DNA of 64,000 nt, taken from NCBI GenBank assembly GCA_030704615.1, contig CM060732.1, positions 31,868,001 through 31,932,000 on the forward strand. The letters are read 5' to 3'. This document shows positions 41,190 to 53,290 of this stretch, piece by piece; positions within the stretch are counted from its first letter, which is position 1, and each line of letters starts with the position of its first letter. This DNA comes from Takakia lepidozioides (Eukaryota; Plantae; Bryophyta). Under the pieces are notes generated by a model that was not told where the DNA came from, searched no databases, and saw only the letters and a program-made list of their open reading frames with translations. The position numbers and the translations under genes are program-made.

Positions 41190-42603
41190 AGAAATGAAAT
41201 GAAATGGTGCTTTATAATGTCCACGGAAAGCTCATAGAGCTTATGGGACAAAATGGAAGAAAACATGAGAGAGGAACAAATCCAGAAACCGAGAATAACA
41301 ATTAATGTTCTAGCGATTGTCTAAGGGTGAAGGCCTCGCGCAGGTAGGCTGCCAAGCATTTTTGATCCTCATAGTGGAAGACATCAGTGAGAGTTTGGGT
41401 TCCACTGAATAAACAGTGGAATCTCCCACGGATCTCGTAGTATAGAGGGCAGTAGAAGAAGAAGTGTTCTTCAGTTTCAATTTCCTGGCTGCGCCCTATG
41501 CAAGCTGGACATAGGCGGTCCTCCCGTTGCAGGTTTTCCTACTGCCAGTCTCTATCCGTAGGTTGTGGGAACCCACCCTGAACTGCCCCAATGCCCTCAG
41601 GAGGGAAGGAGATAAGGATGCTGAAAGGTAATTTGGTCTCAAGATTCCATCATCGCGGAGCACCAAGAATGTCTCTCTATAGAAGTGAGATTGGGTAGCT
41701 TCCAAGTTCTCTTGACATGTAATTCCATAAGCTCTCTCCTAATGAGTCTGTTGCGGTCATGTCTGGATGTGATGTCCACCTCATCTGGATTCATTGGTAA
41801 TAGGAAAGCAGTAGAGAGTCCGTTGCGTTGAAATAAACTGTCCACTCGAGCATACCAGGAGTTCCTGAAACCTGCAGCTTTCATAGATGTTGTGAGGGCC
41901 CTTGCCACGAGCCCCTTGGGTGGAAGGGCCTGTAATCTATGGAGAAAGATTGTAAGCCGGAAGAGGGCCTCGGATTGCAATGGTACATATGCGAACTCTG
42001 CACCTAGGATCTGAGATGGAGTTGTGCTCCTGGCGCCAAGCATTGCTTGGAGAAAAGATGACTGTAATGGTTCCAGAATTCTTTTCCCACCAGGAGACAG
42101 GGACACCAGGTGCCCAGAACTCACAACCATAGATGGTAGCAGGGCTGACGACGGTGTCAAACAGCCACTTTTTGGTTGGGATGACGCAGATGTATTTGCT
42201 TGCATTTGGCCTGAAGGCGGACGGAGGCCGCCTTACCTTTAGTCAATCTGTCCAGGGCAGTGGCTGCAAAGTGAAACTTGGGGGAGTGGATAACCAGACC
42301 CAGGTACTGGTATGATTTCACAATCTCAATTTCCTGCTGGTTGAAGATGAATCTACGATCAGCCTGGCCATTGAAGACCATGATCTTGGTCTTGCTAAGA
42401 TTGACTTGCATCCTATAGTCTTCGCAGAACTGTTCCAAAATTTTGAGATGGCGTTGCAGGAAGACCGGGGATTGTGCCAAAAGGGCAACATCATCAGCGT
42501 AGAGGAGATCTGATTGTGTTTGTCCCCCATCTAATGGTACCCCAACCCCATGGTTTTTTGATATGTAATTCTCCAAGGCGTCAATGTAGATCCCGAAAAG
42601 GGT
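41190..42603 (-). mobile_element. 5'-truncated RTE/RTE-X-like LINE, antisense, ~150 bp after the SPL stop codon
   Basis: RT motifs TLFGIYID, LLYADD, MQVNLSKTKIMVF and YQYLG; C-terminal FRVGSHNLRIETG plus a Cys/His knuckle; frameshifts; (CATTT)n tail at ~41191-41206. Confidence 0.9.
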
Positions 42604-44835
42604 AATGAAATGAAATGGTACTTCATAACATCTGCGGAAAGCAAGTACCGAGAGAGAGACGAAAGAGACACTGTGTCTCAGGCTAGTTTGGTGCTACAGA
42701 CTTCACATCAACGCAAGTCAGATTGCTGCTTATAGAAGTGGTATCACTTAGGATAGAGCTGTATATTTTCAAACAGTCATAACGGACAGTTTTATGCTGG
42801 CATGGGCCACTTACGTTGAGGATCCTAGAGACGTGGTACTAAGTTCTCTCTCCCTTTCTTGCAGTAAGGCAACTAGGCTTTCCTTCATGTTGCCTAGGAA
42901 TGTGTTACACTGCATCTCATGCTTTGCTTTCATCTATATAATCTCAAGCTCTGAGTTGTTGTCGTATGGGTCTCAGCAGGACTGGTTTTCCGTACGAGTT
43001 CCTGGTGTAGGACAAGACTGGCCATCGCGACGTCATCCAGCCTAGTGGCCTACCTTCCTTACAGTTCTTAAGGCTCAACTCAGGGCAGTCTGAAGGCAAC
43101 AAAGCTAGTGTAGACTTACAAGGTAGGAATTTTGGTAGCTACCATAGGTAACTACTTGCTCTATGTGAAGCGGGTTTCTGCAGGAAACCATCAAACTAGT
43201 GCTTAAGTACTTCGAACGATAAGGGGAATCTCCTGGACAAGAACTCAGGGCAAATTCATTTATGACTTTGTCAACTTTCCCTTAAGTTAAATATATCAGT
43301 ACTCTGATTTACTCATTGTTCATTATAGGGTCAGACGCATTACCTTGGAATTGCTCGCCTTCACGAATTTGGGGAGGTCTTCTGAACTTAAGATTACATG
43401 TGAAGAAGATGACAACACCTGAATAGGTCAAAATGTCTAGTTTCCTCGCGGAGATCTGACACATTGTTTCTTATGTACCTCACTGTACCTCATACGTCCA
43501 TTTCTTATCTTCTGGATATGCAATGTTCACTTCCATACAATGTATCGATATGGATGATTCTGCAACAAATGATTCTGCAATCTATGGGTTGTTGTAGTTG
43601 TAAATTTTCTTGGAGTCTCTCTACCTGGATGGATATGGTCCATGGTTAACCCTTGCTCTCCATGATGCCCACACCCAGTGAAGAATTAAGTATCTCAGAT
43701 CTCATGAGGAAACCGAACCTCAATATATCTGAAAAATACAAAGGCCACACCAATCTAGAAAATTAATATGAATGTTTTCATCATCAGCTGTCCTCTGAGT
43801 GTGTTGTATGACAATCTCATGCATACGTTTGTAAGATGGCCACTTCATATAATTGAGCAAGGGCTGCATGTACATCACCAACATGAGGGAATGCCTTAAC
43901 CAGAAAAGGCCATGTAAAATGTGAACCCTCCTACTGTATTCACCACAGCAAGTCACTGGGGCTCATTTTGTTTCTGCTTGTCTGTCCAAGTGTCTCTCAC
44001 AGGACTATCGATGATTGCTACATGTGTTGGTCATTACGTCCTTACTCCTCGATTTCCATCAACAACAACATTATCACCTATCACCCTAAAACACTGTCAT
44101 ATGAGCCATTTAATTTCCTTCGCATGTCATTCCATTTGATCCTAAGTCATACATTAAATCGACCAAGTCCAGCTACTTGAAGACACGGGCAAAGAATAAC
44201 TTAAGTGGAGAAAACGGGGCCATAGACAATCGGAGCAAGGAATTGACGGTAGTTTGATGACAGGGTTATCCGGAAGACATCTGATGCATAGAGGAGAATG
44301 AATTCATTTAACCGATCGTTATGAGTCAAAACCTCAGTGATAAAACACCCTTCTGTGATGTGTAGTACTATCATGTTTGAAACATAAGACTGACACCATT
44401 ATCTTGCTGCCTCGTTCCAATCAAGCCATGACTGAGACAGGTCTATGGCCAAAAATGGGCAACCAAACATTAAACCCTTAATAACTGGAGTTGTCTGTCT
44501 CCTTGTGTATCCAAGGATTCTAAGCAGGGCAAATAGTGAATCCTTGGCCCTTGGACCATGGTCCATGATATGCCACTAGTACCGACAATCTTGTCGGAAA
44601 TTACAGACCCTACTCACTATGCATGCATGCAGCACCGAAACCTGAGATGAGGCTTCATAAGTGGCCTCCACCACGCATTAGAAAACTTGCCAGGACCCTG
44701 AATCTGCGAGAAGACATAAGAAACATGTCGTGATTTTACTAAAAGTTCCAGCACCCCATTTAAAATGTCAAATGAATCATCAAAGTTTGAGGTGCATAAA
44801 CCAAAAAATCGAATCCCTACCTCTGAGCAGTATAT

Positions 44836-45237
44836 CTACATCAAGTACTGCTTCTGTTCCTCTATATACCTTCTCAGTCCATCGATCACTTTCTCCGCTT
44901 CCTCGTTCCTCTTGTCAGCTAATGCTTCGATATTCTCATTCTCCTCTTTTACTTCTTTCAGCTCCCTCTCCGCCTTCTCTTTGTACCTCTCGTCATCTAC
45001 TGCAATCTTTCCAGTTGTGGCCGATTTGTAGGCAAGGAGCATATCGGACACCAATTTAAGTGACGATATTGTCTTTTCATTTCTTCGGATTGATGACCGT
45101 AGATAATCCAGCACCTTCGCGATCGAATCCTCTCCTGGAGTTTCTTCATCGTTCCTGTCCATGTTCCCTAGCGGGCTCTGTACAGCCTCGTCGGGATCCA
45201 TGTAAAGAGACCTAAGCACCAGATTTTTGTTCTCCAT
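44836..45237 (-). CDS. Small acidic coiled-coil protein of unknown function, divergent from the PPR gene
   Basis: 133-codon ORF from the first ATG with strong heptad character (RELKEVKEENENIEALADKRNEEAEKVIDGLRRYIEEQK). No family recognised. Confidence 0.4.
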   Translation of the reverse strand: MENKNLVLRSLYMDPDEAVQSPLGNMDRNDEETPGEDSIAKVLDYLRSSIRRNEKTISSLKLVSDMLLAYKSATTGKIAVDDERYKEKAERELKEVKEENENIEALADKRNEEAEKVIDGLRRYIEEQKQYLM

Positions 45238-46173
45238 CTTTCTGTCGTAAACCACTTCTCTCTCTTATTTGTAATTGTGTGCCTCACATTGCCTCCGTCC
45301 TAAGCCAGTCTTCTCTACTCTCTCCATCTTCCCATCCATTTGCAGCAGAGGCTTCCAAAATCTCTCGCTCATCCTACTAATAACTTCGCTGTGAATCGCA
45401 CGCAGTTTGAATCTGTGACTTCTCCAGTCCCTTCTCTCTCGTCTCATCTATCGCCTCACACGCAGGAAGGCCCGCGCCACGCCAGCTGGCGCGGGCTCTT
45501 CTGCCACGTGTGCTAAAGCGACCAATTCCGCGCCCTTTTAGTGTCCAGCTGTCACATCTTTTTGGCCTCGTGGAATTAAATTTTTCTCACACATGTCCTT
45601 TGAATTTAACAGTTGGCAACCCGTACATGTTTTTCATTCAGGGACATGGATGCATTTAGAATAACTCATCAGACTTTCATCCCTGTAAACGTTAAAAAAA
45701 AACCCTAGTATTTCGAGCACACTGAGGAAACGCTACACGTTTTCTTCGTTTCCTCTTCAGAGAAGAGGTTCAGTTTGCTCCAGAGGCACGCGGCAGAAAC
45801 AGTAAGTGGCCTCTGGCGCAGGAGGAAAGAATGCCGACTCCCAGCCCAAGTATGAATGATAGACCGGCGTCCCAGTAGTTCCCTGCTTCCCCCAATATCC
45901 CAACAGAACCCCAGCCAAATCACAGAAGAGGGAAGTCTTTTAGAGCTCCATGGTATTTGTGGACAACAGCACTGCCAACAAAACATACAGCTGGCTCGGA
46001 ACTTGAAAAAATAATTCAGGGTTGCAACTATGATGATCCAACAGTTCCATATCCAGCAGATAGAATTGGTACTGCTCATAGCACATGATTGCGCAGTCGT
46101 TTACCAACCCTATTTATGCAGCAAGATGCTCTGTTCCTTAACGTAACCTCTCTTCGTAGTATGTAGAAGGATT

Positions 46174-48162
46174 ATGTGTCTACGTGTTACGTTTCTGACA
46201 AGAAATTTTGAGGCCAGCAGGATGGCAGGATGGAATCCGCCACAGTTGTGTATTGGACATGAGTCTGTTGCAAGGGGTAGCACTTCCCCTATCACCACCA
46301 CTTTTGAAAGGGGATCAACAGAGGGAATCAACAGGGACATTTGGGGCACTTGTGGGTATGTGAGGACCCTGTGTAAGACAGGACGCCGGAAAGAGGCTCT
46401 GCACATTTTGAACCGACTTGGCATTCACGCAGACTCCAAAACTTATGTCTGTCTCTTGCAGGAGTGCATCAATATGAAGGACCTGGCAGAAGGAAAGCAA
46501 GTGCACACCCACATAGTCCAAAGTGGATTCAAACCAAACATCTTTGTACTCAACACCCTTGTCAACATGTACTCGAAATGCAGGCGTATTGTGGATGCTC
46601 ACGAAGTGTTTGATAAGATGTCTGAACGAGATGCCTTTACTTGGACTACAATGATCCAAGGATATGCCAAGCATGGGTATGGTATGGAGGCTTTCAAGAT
46701 CTATGAGCAAATGCAGCGGGAAGATGTGATGCCTAACAGGGTCACATACATTTGTGTCCTCAATGCATGTGCCAGCCTGGGAGCCCTAGACAAGGGCAAA
46801 GAGGTCCATGCTAATATAGTGAAATCTGGAATTCCGCCCGATATCAAACTTGAGACTGCCCTTTGTGACATGTATGCAAAATGTGGGAGCATGAAGAATG
46901 CAATGCAGGTCTTCAACAAAATGGTGGAACGTAATGTGGTATCATGGAATGCCATGATTGCAGGATATGCTCAACATGGGCGTGGTAGGGAGGCTTTTGA
47001 AATCTATGAGCAAATGCAACAGGAAGGAGTGATGCCTGACAGGGTCACATTTACTTGTGTTCTCAATGCATGTGCCAGTCTAGGAATCCTACACAAGGGC
47101 AAGCAGGTCCATGCTGACATCATCAAAGCTGGAATTGCACCGGATATCGTTCTGGAGAATGCCCTTGTTGACATGTATGTCAAATGCGGGGGGATGAAAT
47201 ATGCGTGTTTAGTCTTTCACAATATGGCTAAACGAGATGTGGTCTCATGGAGTGCGATGATCTCAGGATGTGCCCAGCATGGTTCTGGTAGGGTAGCCCT
47301 GCAACTATTTGAACAAATGCAGCATCAAGGCTTGAAACCGAATGGTATCACCTTTATATCTCTTCTCTCTGCTTGTAACCATGTGGGCCTCGTGGATGAA
47401 GGCAGTCACTACTTCTATTCCATGAGTCGGGATCATGGCATCACTCCTACAGTGAAACATCTTTGCTGCATGGTGGACCTCCTTGGCCGTGCAGGGCAAT
47501 TGGACAAGGCCAAGGACTTGATAAGTCAAATGCCGATTGAAGCAGATGCTGGGGTTTGGGGTGCATTGCTTGGTGCTTGCAGAATTCATGGGGATGTGGA
47601 CCTAGCAGAACTTGCAGCAAGACGCCTTCTTGAGTGTGATCCAGAGGACAATGGAGCTTATGTGCTGCTATCAAACATCTATGCTGCTGCTGGCAGATGG
47701 GATGATAAAGCAGAGGTGCGAAAATTGATGGAGGACAGAGGTATCAGAAAGGAGACAGGGCGCAGCTGCATTGAGGTCGGTAATCAGGTGCACACATTTG
47801 TTGTAGAAGACAAATTGCATCCACAAATTGAGGAAATCCATACTGAGCTGAACAGATTGGCTGGGCAGATGAAGGAGGCTGGGTATGTGCCTGACACGCG
47901 CTTTGTGTTGCATGATGTGGAGGATGAGCAAAAGGAGTTGTCTCTGGGTTACCACAGTGAGAAGCTAGCCATTGCATTTGGAATCATCAGCACTCCTCCT
48001 GGGACGCCAATCCAGATCATCAAGAACCTTCGAGTGTGTGGTGACTGCCACACTGCTGCCAAGTTCATCTCAAAGATTGTTGGGCGAGCAGTTGTTATAC
48101 GGGATGCCAACCGCTTTCACCATTTCAAAGAAGGACTTTGTTCTTGTGGGGATTACTGGTGA
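46174..48162 (+). CDS. PLS-class PPR protein with E1-E2-DYW domain (C-to-U RNA editing factor type)
   Basis: 662-aa uninterrupted ORF: L-S-(P-L-S)2-P2-L2-S2-E1-E2, then a deaminase domain with HSEKLA, CGDCH and terminal CSCGDYW. Start may be 46174 or 46222. Confidence 0.95.
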   Translation: MCLRVTFLTRNFEASRMAGWNPPQLCIGHESVARGSTSPITTTFERGSTEGINRDIWGTCGYVRTLCKTGRRKEALHILNRLGIHADSKTYVCLLQECINMKDLAEGKQVHTHIVQSGFKPNIFVLNTLVNMYSKCRRIVDAHEVFDKMSERDAFTWTTMIQGYAKHGYGMEAFKIYEQMQREDVMPNRVTYICVLNACASLGALDKGKEVHANIVKSGIPPDIKLETALCDMYAKCGSMKNAMQVFNKMVERNVVSWNAMIAGYAQHGRGREAFEIYEQMQQEGVMPDRVTFTCVLNACASLGILHKGKQVHADIIKAGIAPDIVLENALVDMYVKCGGMKYACLVFHNMAKRDVVSWSAMISGCAQHGSGRVALQLFEQMQHQGLKPNGITFISLLSACNHVGLVDEGSHYFYSMSRDHGITPTVKHLCCMVDLLGRAGQLDKAKDLISQMPIEADAGVWGALLGACRIHGDVDLAELAARRLLECDPEDNGAYVLLSNIYAAAGRWDDKAEVRKLMEDRGIRKETGRSCIEVGNQVHTFVVEDKLHPQIEEIHTELNRLAGQMKEAGYVPDTRFVLHDVEDEQKELSLGYHSEKLAIAFGIISTPPGTPIQIIKNLRVCGDCHTAAKFISKIVGRAVVIRDANRFHHFKEGLCSCGDYW

Positions 48163-48459
48163 AATAAGGAATGACAGTAGATACTCCAGCTTGTCCAGAT
48201 CACCCTCCACCAAAGCAGGTTGATTGTGGCTTGCCTCGTTGGTACTCCTCTGCTTCAAAATCTGGTCATCTTGGAAGGATCTGCACCCACAAATCCCTCC
48301 CTCCCTCGTGCAGCTACCAGGAGGTCCAGAAAATTTTCAGTGCATTTCACTGTGGGCAAAGCAAAAGTGTGCAAGTTTGGCACTTTTCATTTGAGAGAGA
48401 GGGTGAGGAGATAGACATATAGTTGTGGCGTCCGGGTGAAGGGTTGAGAGCGCCGTCAG

Positions 48460-50776
48460 ATGGCAGACCTTTCTGACAATGGAGGAGACGAAGAGCTGGA
48501 TGCAGCTTTGGACATGGAGTTGGCTGCGTCCTTTCTCACGCATCCGCTTGCCTCCCACAGTCATGTAAGTTCAGATCAAAGCACTACGGTCTGTGATCAG
48601 TGTGACGGTGCGCAGAAGCAACCCTCCTGCAGATGGATTTATTGTATGGTCATATTAATCCTGCAGGGTGTTACGTTTCACATGGGCCACGTGAGCCACT
48701 GAACTGTTTATTGAGAGCAAGAAGATGGAAGAAAGAAACGGACTTTCATAATCTGTTTCACATGGTGGGAAATCAAGCAACTTTATTACAACCAGATGAC
48801 TTTATATTTGGCTTCCAGGAGTCCTCCTACATAAAACTTCAAGGATCGTTGTCATTTCCTTATGAAAAGTCCCCTGTTCGTACTTGATCCGGTGCAAGGA
48901 TGGGGGTGCTTTCTAGTATATCAGTCATTGAAAGGCACTAGTCTAGGTTCTGGTGCAATGATTGATCGAAAAAAATTGCAAGTGCCATACTAGGCCCCTT
49001 TAGAAGAAACCTTCCAGACCTACCTCGAAGCCCGTCACAATTTGGGAGAACTGGAGAAAGGCATTGAGCAGAAAATGAAACTCCAATGTCTGGTCGTCAT
49101 TGTAGCCTACTTTGTCATAAGAGGTGATAACGTTCTCAGTTCATTCAGATCAGCTGCTTGGTACAGTACTTCTGATTTAAAAGCTTGAGTTTTTGGGCCA
49201 GTCATCTTGTAGGACTATCGGCTTAAGCTTTCTACCTTTAGGCTACCAGTACTTTCAGAAGACTGATGCAGTCAAACTCCTAACCTCCTCTGCAATTGTG
49301 CGATTTTGTTGGTCTTCAGGACGTTGAACCCAGCCCCAACTTTGATACCAGGAGAATACTCTCTGTGGAGCCGTCGTCACAGCTAACTTTTGCATTCCCT
49401 GGTTGGGGAGTTGACATCTCGAGGGATGTAAAGGGCAAAAGGCCCTCCATTCTCCGCCATGTAGGCATTGCTACAAGTAACGAAGGGAGAGAGAAGGCAT
49501 GCGCAGAGAAAGGTAAGAGCAAGCAGAAAGACGTAACATGGGAAGGACCTGAAGGCCGTAGGTCTTGTATGCCAATGTGATTGAAAGCTTACTGCCATTT
49601 CTGTTCCAAGTAGGCACCTTCATGGTAGGTGTTCTGATGTCTCCATTGGCCACTTAGTCAATATTCCTCTGCTTGAAAAAGTAAGTATCTGTAGTTACTG
49701 CTTCTGTTGTATTCTCTTCTGGTTTTTAAGTGCAATACAGGAGGGACATAATTTCCAATCTTTGTCATCTAGAGCAACATCTGAAGAGAGATGTTCCAGT
49801 CACAGTGCAACACCCCCAAAGTCCTTTCCTACAAGCCCTAGAAGGCTGCATCTCAAAACAGCAATTCCATTAACAGTAAGTCCATCTAACAAACATGAAT
49901 CTCGGGTTCCTTTCTTGCTGCAAGAAAGAAATGAGATAGTGGTATTCTGTTGTTTGATGGCACATGCTTGCAACCAAAGCACAATTTCAATGCCAACTTT
50001 TTTGACACCTTTCAGATGTTTTCTTGTTTCCACTACAGGAGCAGTGTGAATTGCAAAATCCATCCCCTAGAAAATGTGCACCTGAGGAGTGGCGTCGAAG
50101 TTGCTGGCCAATGCCCCCCCATACCTGTCCAACAAGTCCTAGAAGGATTGATTACAGGCCAACGATTTTAGTGCATTCAACACATGCAAGCTTGCTTTAT
50201 TCTTTGTCCAGGGTCTATGGCCACAAGGTTACAGCAAACGTCTTACAAGTACATTTATTCATTGTCCAGGAACTGTAGCTACATGAAAGCCCTTGGTTGT
50301 CCACAACCACTTGAAGGAAATCTTCTGCCTCAAATGCCTCATCCTAGGCTTGTATTTAGTGCCTTCCATATGCTTGATATGCACAGGACTGCAAAATTAG
50401 TTTCTCACCAACACCTCAGGAGAGGTGTCAGAATCCCAAGACATCTCCTAGAGGCCTTCGAAAGTCAAAACGAGGCCAGCAGTGCCCTCTGTGAGTCCAT
50501 CTGATGCATGTGAATGAGGAACAGCTTCAGATCTTGTTGTACAAATGAAGCTAGAGGAAAAGCCTTTGTTGTCTGGCATAGCAACTTGAAGGAGATCTGC
50601 TGCTTCAAATTATCGCCTGCTCTGTGAGAAGTGCTTGCATTTGATGCCTTCGACATGCCTGCTATCCACAGGACTGCAAATTCAGTTACTCACCAAGATC
50701 TCAGGAGAGGTGCCACAGTCCCAAGACCTCTCCTAAAAGCCGTAAGAACATCAATATCAGGCCAGCAGCTGCATCT
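48460..50776 (+). pseudogene. Decayed multi-exon gene for an S/P/R-rich protein with tandemly duplicated phase-0 exons
   Basis: ATG exon MADLSDNGGDEELDAALDMELAA..|gtaagt, then AG/GT-bounded exons including four related ones (49741-49875, 50039-50170, 50387-50490, 50672-50776). Frameshifts in the 49320 and 50387 exons. Confidence 0.5.
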
Positions 50777-51969
50777 GTAAGTCCATCTTGTGAAGTACTT
50801 CCTGGGACTCTCAGACTTTGGAATAGTGCTAACCACAGCTTGAAGTTGACACTGCGGGAATTTTTCTTGCTGCAATCAAGTGTTGCTGAGCCTTTAGGTA
50901 CCTGTGAATAATGAAGTTTGATATGAATTGTGTGGTTTTTGATGTCTAGATTCAAAGTGAAGATGGAGAGGGAAGATACTTCCCTAAATGACTTAAGCCT
51001 CATCAGTTTCTAGTGCTACTTGTTGATCAATGGGCAAAATTGAGCTTTGATAAATACCTGACACTAGAAGGTGCATGCAAGAACTGTATTTTGTTGGTGG
51101 GGTTGTGATGAAGGCTTCTATTCGGCATTTGTCTGCGAAAGAAGAGGAGTGTTTACTTGAGGAGTGTTTACTTGAGCGCTCTGGTTTGAGCTCTGCAAGC
51201 CTGCGCCAGTCACCTCAGCATTGCGAGCATCATGTGGTATTGCCAGAGGCTGGTGATGGCTTGTATTTTGTTGCATTGTCCTTGTGCCTCGAAAGTATCA
51301 CTTTTCATCTTGCATTAGCATCTAATATTGTTGTCAGAATGGTTCTGCATTCGCCATCAGAACGTTTGGTCCATCAATGATTTGATGATAGAAAGATTCT
51401 CAACATCGAGGGAGTCATAGACAAAGAAATTAAAAATTCCTAAGAAGAATAGAAAATTAAGCTTCTCAGAGCAGCTGGTGCAAGACAGTTCACATGGATT
51501 GAACAGGTGCCAGGTTGTATAAAATCAAACACTAGAAAATATTTTTGCTTGCTGTGCTGGTCTGAGTATGTGGAACAGTCTAAGACATCCACCAATCATG
51601 AAACTATCAGATCCTGAAGTGTGTGAAGTTTTACTGAAAGGAAAAACCACCATATCCTGAGGTCTTTGTGCACACCATGGTGGTTGGGAAGCAGGTGCAC
51701 TCGCAGTGTTTGTGCCCAGGATTCACAGACTTGAGTATTATAGAAGTTTTGCGGGAAATATGCTTAGTATTGAGAACTTACAAAAATACTCAGTGTCCGT
51801 GTGTACAGAGTTTGAAGTTTCAGCAAATACAGTTACTTGAGCACCAAATACAAACCATGGAAAATGGACGGTGTGGTTCTTCTTCTTTTTTCTTTTTTTT
51901 TCTTTTTTGGGGGAGGGGTTCTTCTACTCTCACAAAATGTTTTGTGTAGGCTCAATGATTTATTGGCTC

Positions 51970-52572
51970 TATCCCGCAAGGGATAGGGGCATTGTGGAGA
52001 CTTCTTGCCTAGGCGGAGAACAGAGAACTAGGCTTATCCATTAAGCCTAGAGAGAGATAGAGAGTGCCTAGTCATTAGAGGGTTGATGGGACCCGCAAGG
52101 GATAGATGCATTGTGGAGACATCTTTAGGGAGAGAACTCGCCTATCCATTAAGCTTAGAGAGAGAGAGCAGGTTCGTTCTTTCACTCAATACGATGTGTG
52201 TGCCTCATGGTGTAAAAAGGGGTTTTAATTTTTTTCCCGGAATAATTTGCAATAAATCTAACGAGGCCACTGTCCCTGTTAAGAAAAAAATAAAAACAAG
52301 CGGCTCCCGCCACAAGAGGCTATGTCCTTTGGTGATTTTGTGGTTGTTGTTTTATACTTTTTCTAGGGCTTCATGAATCATTCCCATCAACCCTCCATAG
52401 ACTAGGCTTAATGGATAAGCCCAGTTCTCTCCCTAAAGATGTATCCACTATGCCTCTAGACTAAGCTCTCTCTCTCTAGGCTTAATGGATAAGCCTGGTT
52501 CTTAGCCTAGGCAAGAAGTCTCCACAATGCCTCTATCCCTTGCGGGTCCCATCAACCCTCTAAAGACTAGGA
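51970..52572. repeat. Foldback: ~120-bp units in inverted orientation around a ~210-bp loop
   Basis: Left arm 51970-52170 (cccgcaagggataggggcattgtggagacttcttgcctaggc; taggcttatccattaagcctag) is the imperfect reverse complement of 52380-52572. Confidence 0.85.
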
Positions 52573-52894
52573 CCCCTTGTAGAGGGAACCTGTCGAAACC
52601 CGACCTGGCTGGAATCGAACTAGCCACCTTATCAGTTTCCTACTGATTTGCAAGACCCTAGAGTAAATGATTTAGTAATTCAACTTAAATAAAATGAAAA
52701 TATATATATATATATAAGACTTATATGATAGATTTAAACAGATTTTTGCCACGCTCCAGTTTGATAGTGGATGGATTTTTGCCACTCTCCTCTCTCTGTC
52801 AAGGGGCCTGATTTGGGAGCTGTCGCTCCCAGGTGTTTCCCTTCAAAATTTAAAGAAAAATAAAAACAAATAGTGGATGATAGTGGATGGAAGT

Positions 52895-53290
52895 GAACCC
52901 TGAAGATAAATTGTGGATGTCCGAGAGGAGCACGTGTGGGAATTTACAGCGCCAAAAAATCATAAAGGCTATGCTCCCTAGAATTTTTCAAAGTGCCAAG
53001 GGGTCATAAAATCCATTGTGAGAGCACCATTGACCTGCCTACGTGGCAGCCAAATGGGCAATCTTCAAAATAACATCTAGGGCTGAAAATTTATCATAAT
53101 CCCAAAAAATTTGGACAGGGAACTATGAAATGTTATTGCGCACTTACTTACCAGAGGAATTGGAAAACAAATATCATCTCATGGGTATAATCGTGAAAGA
53201 AGCCAAAACAAGACAATTTACCCCCCAGATTTCACATAAAGAGCAGCCTATCTGAATTTTTGGAATTTTGGTCTAATTTTTGTGGGAGGC
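52895..53290 (-). mobile_element. Internal fragment of the piggyBac-like MITE family seen at 20519-21315, inverted
   Basis: Reverse complement aligns to ~20845-21238 (e.g. tggcagccaaatgggcaatcttcaa; cacttacttaccagaggaattggaaaacaaat). Confidence 0.85.

Noticed and set aside
45470-45496. Helitron 3' hairpin
   Set aside because: No CTRR terminus at the expected distance on either strand.
46174-48162. U-to-C (DYW:KP-type) editing factor
   Set aside because: It keeps HSE, CxxC and terminal DYW with a PG-like box, and has no KP-type signature.
52600-52660. Functional tRNA-Tyr gene
   Set aside because: Only the T-arm/acceptor 3' end is present; no D-arm or 5' acceptor strand.
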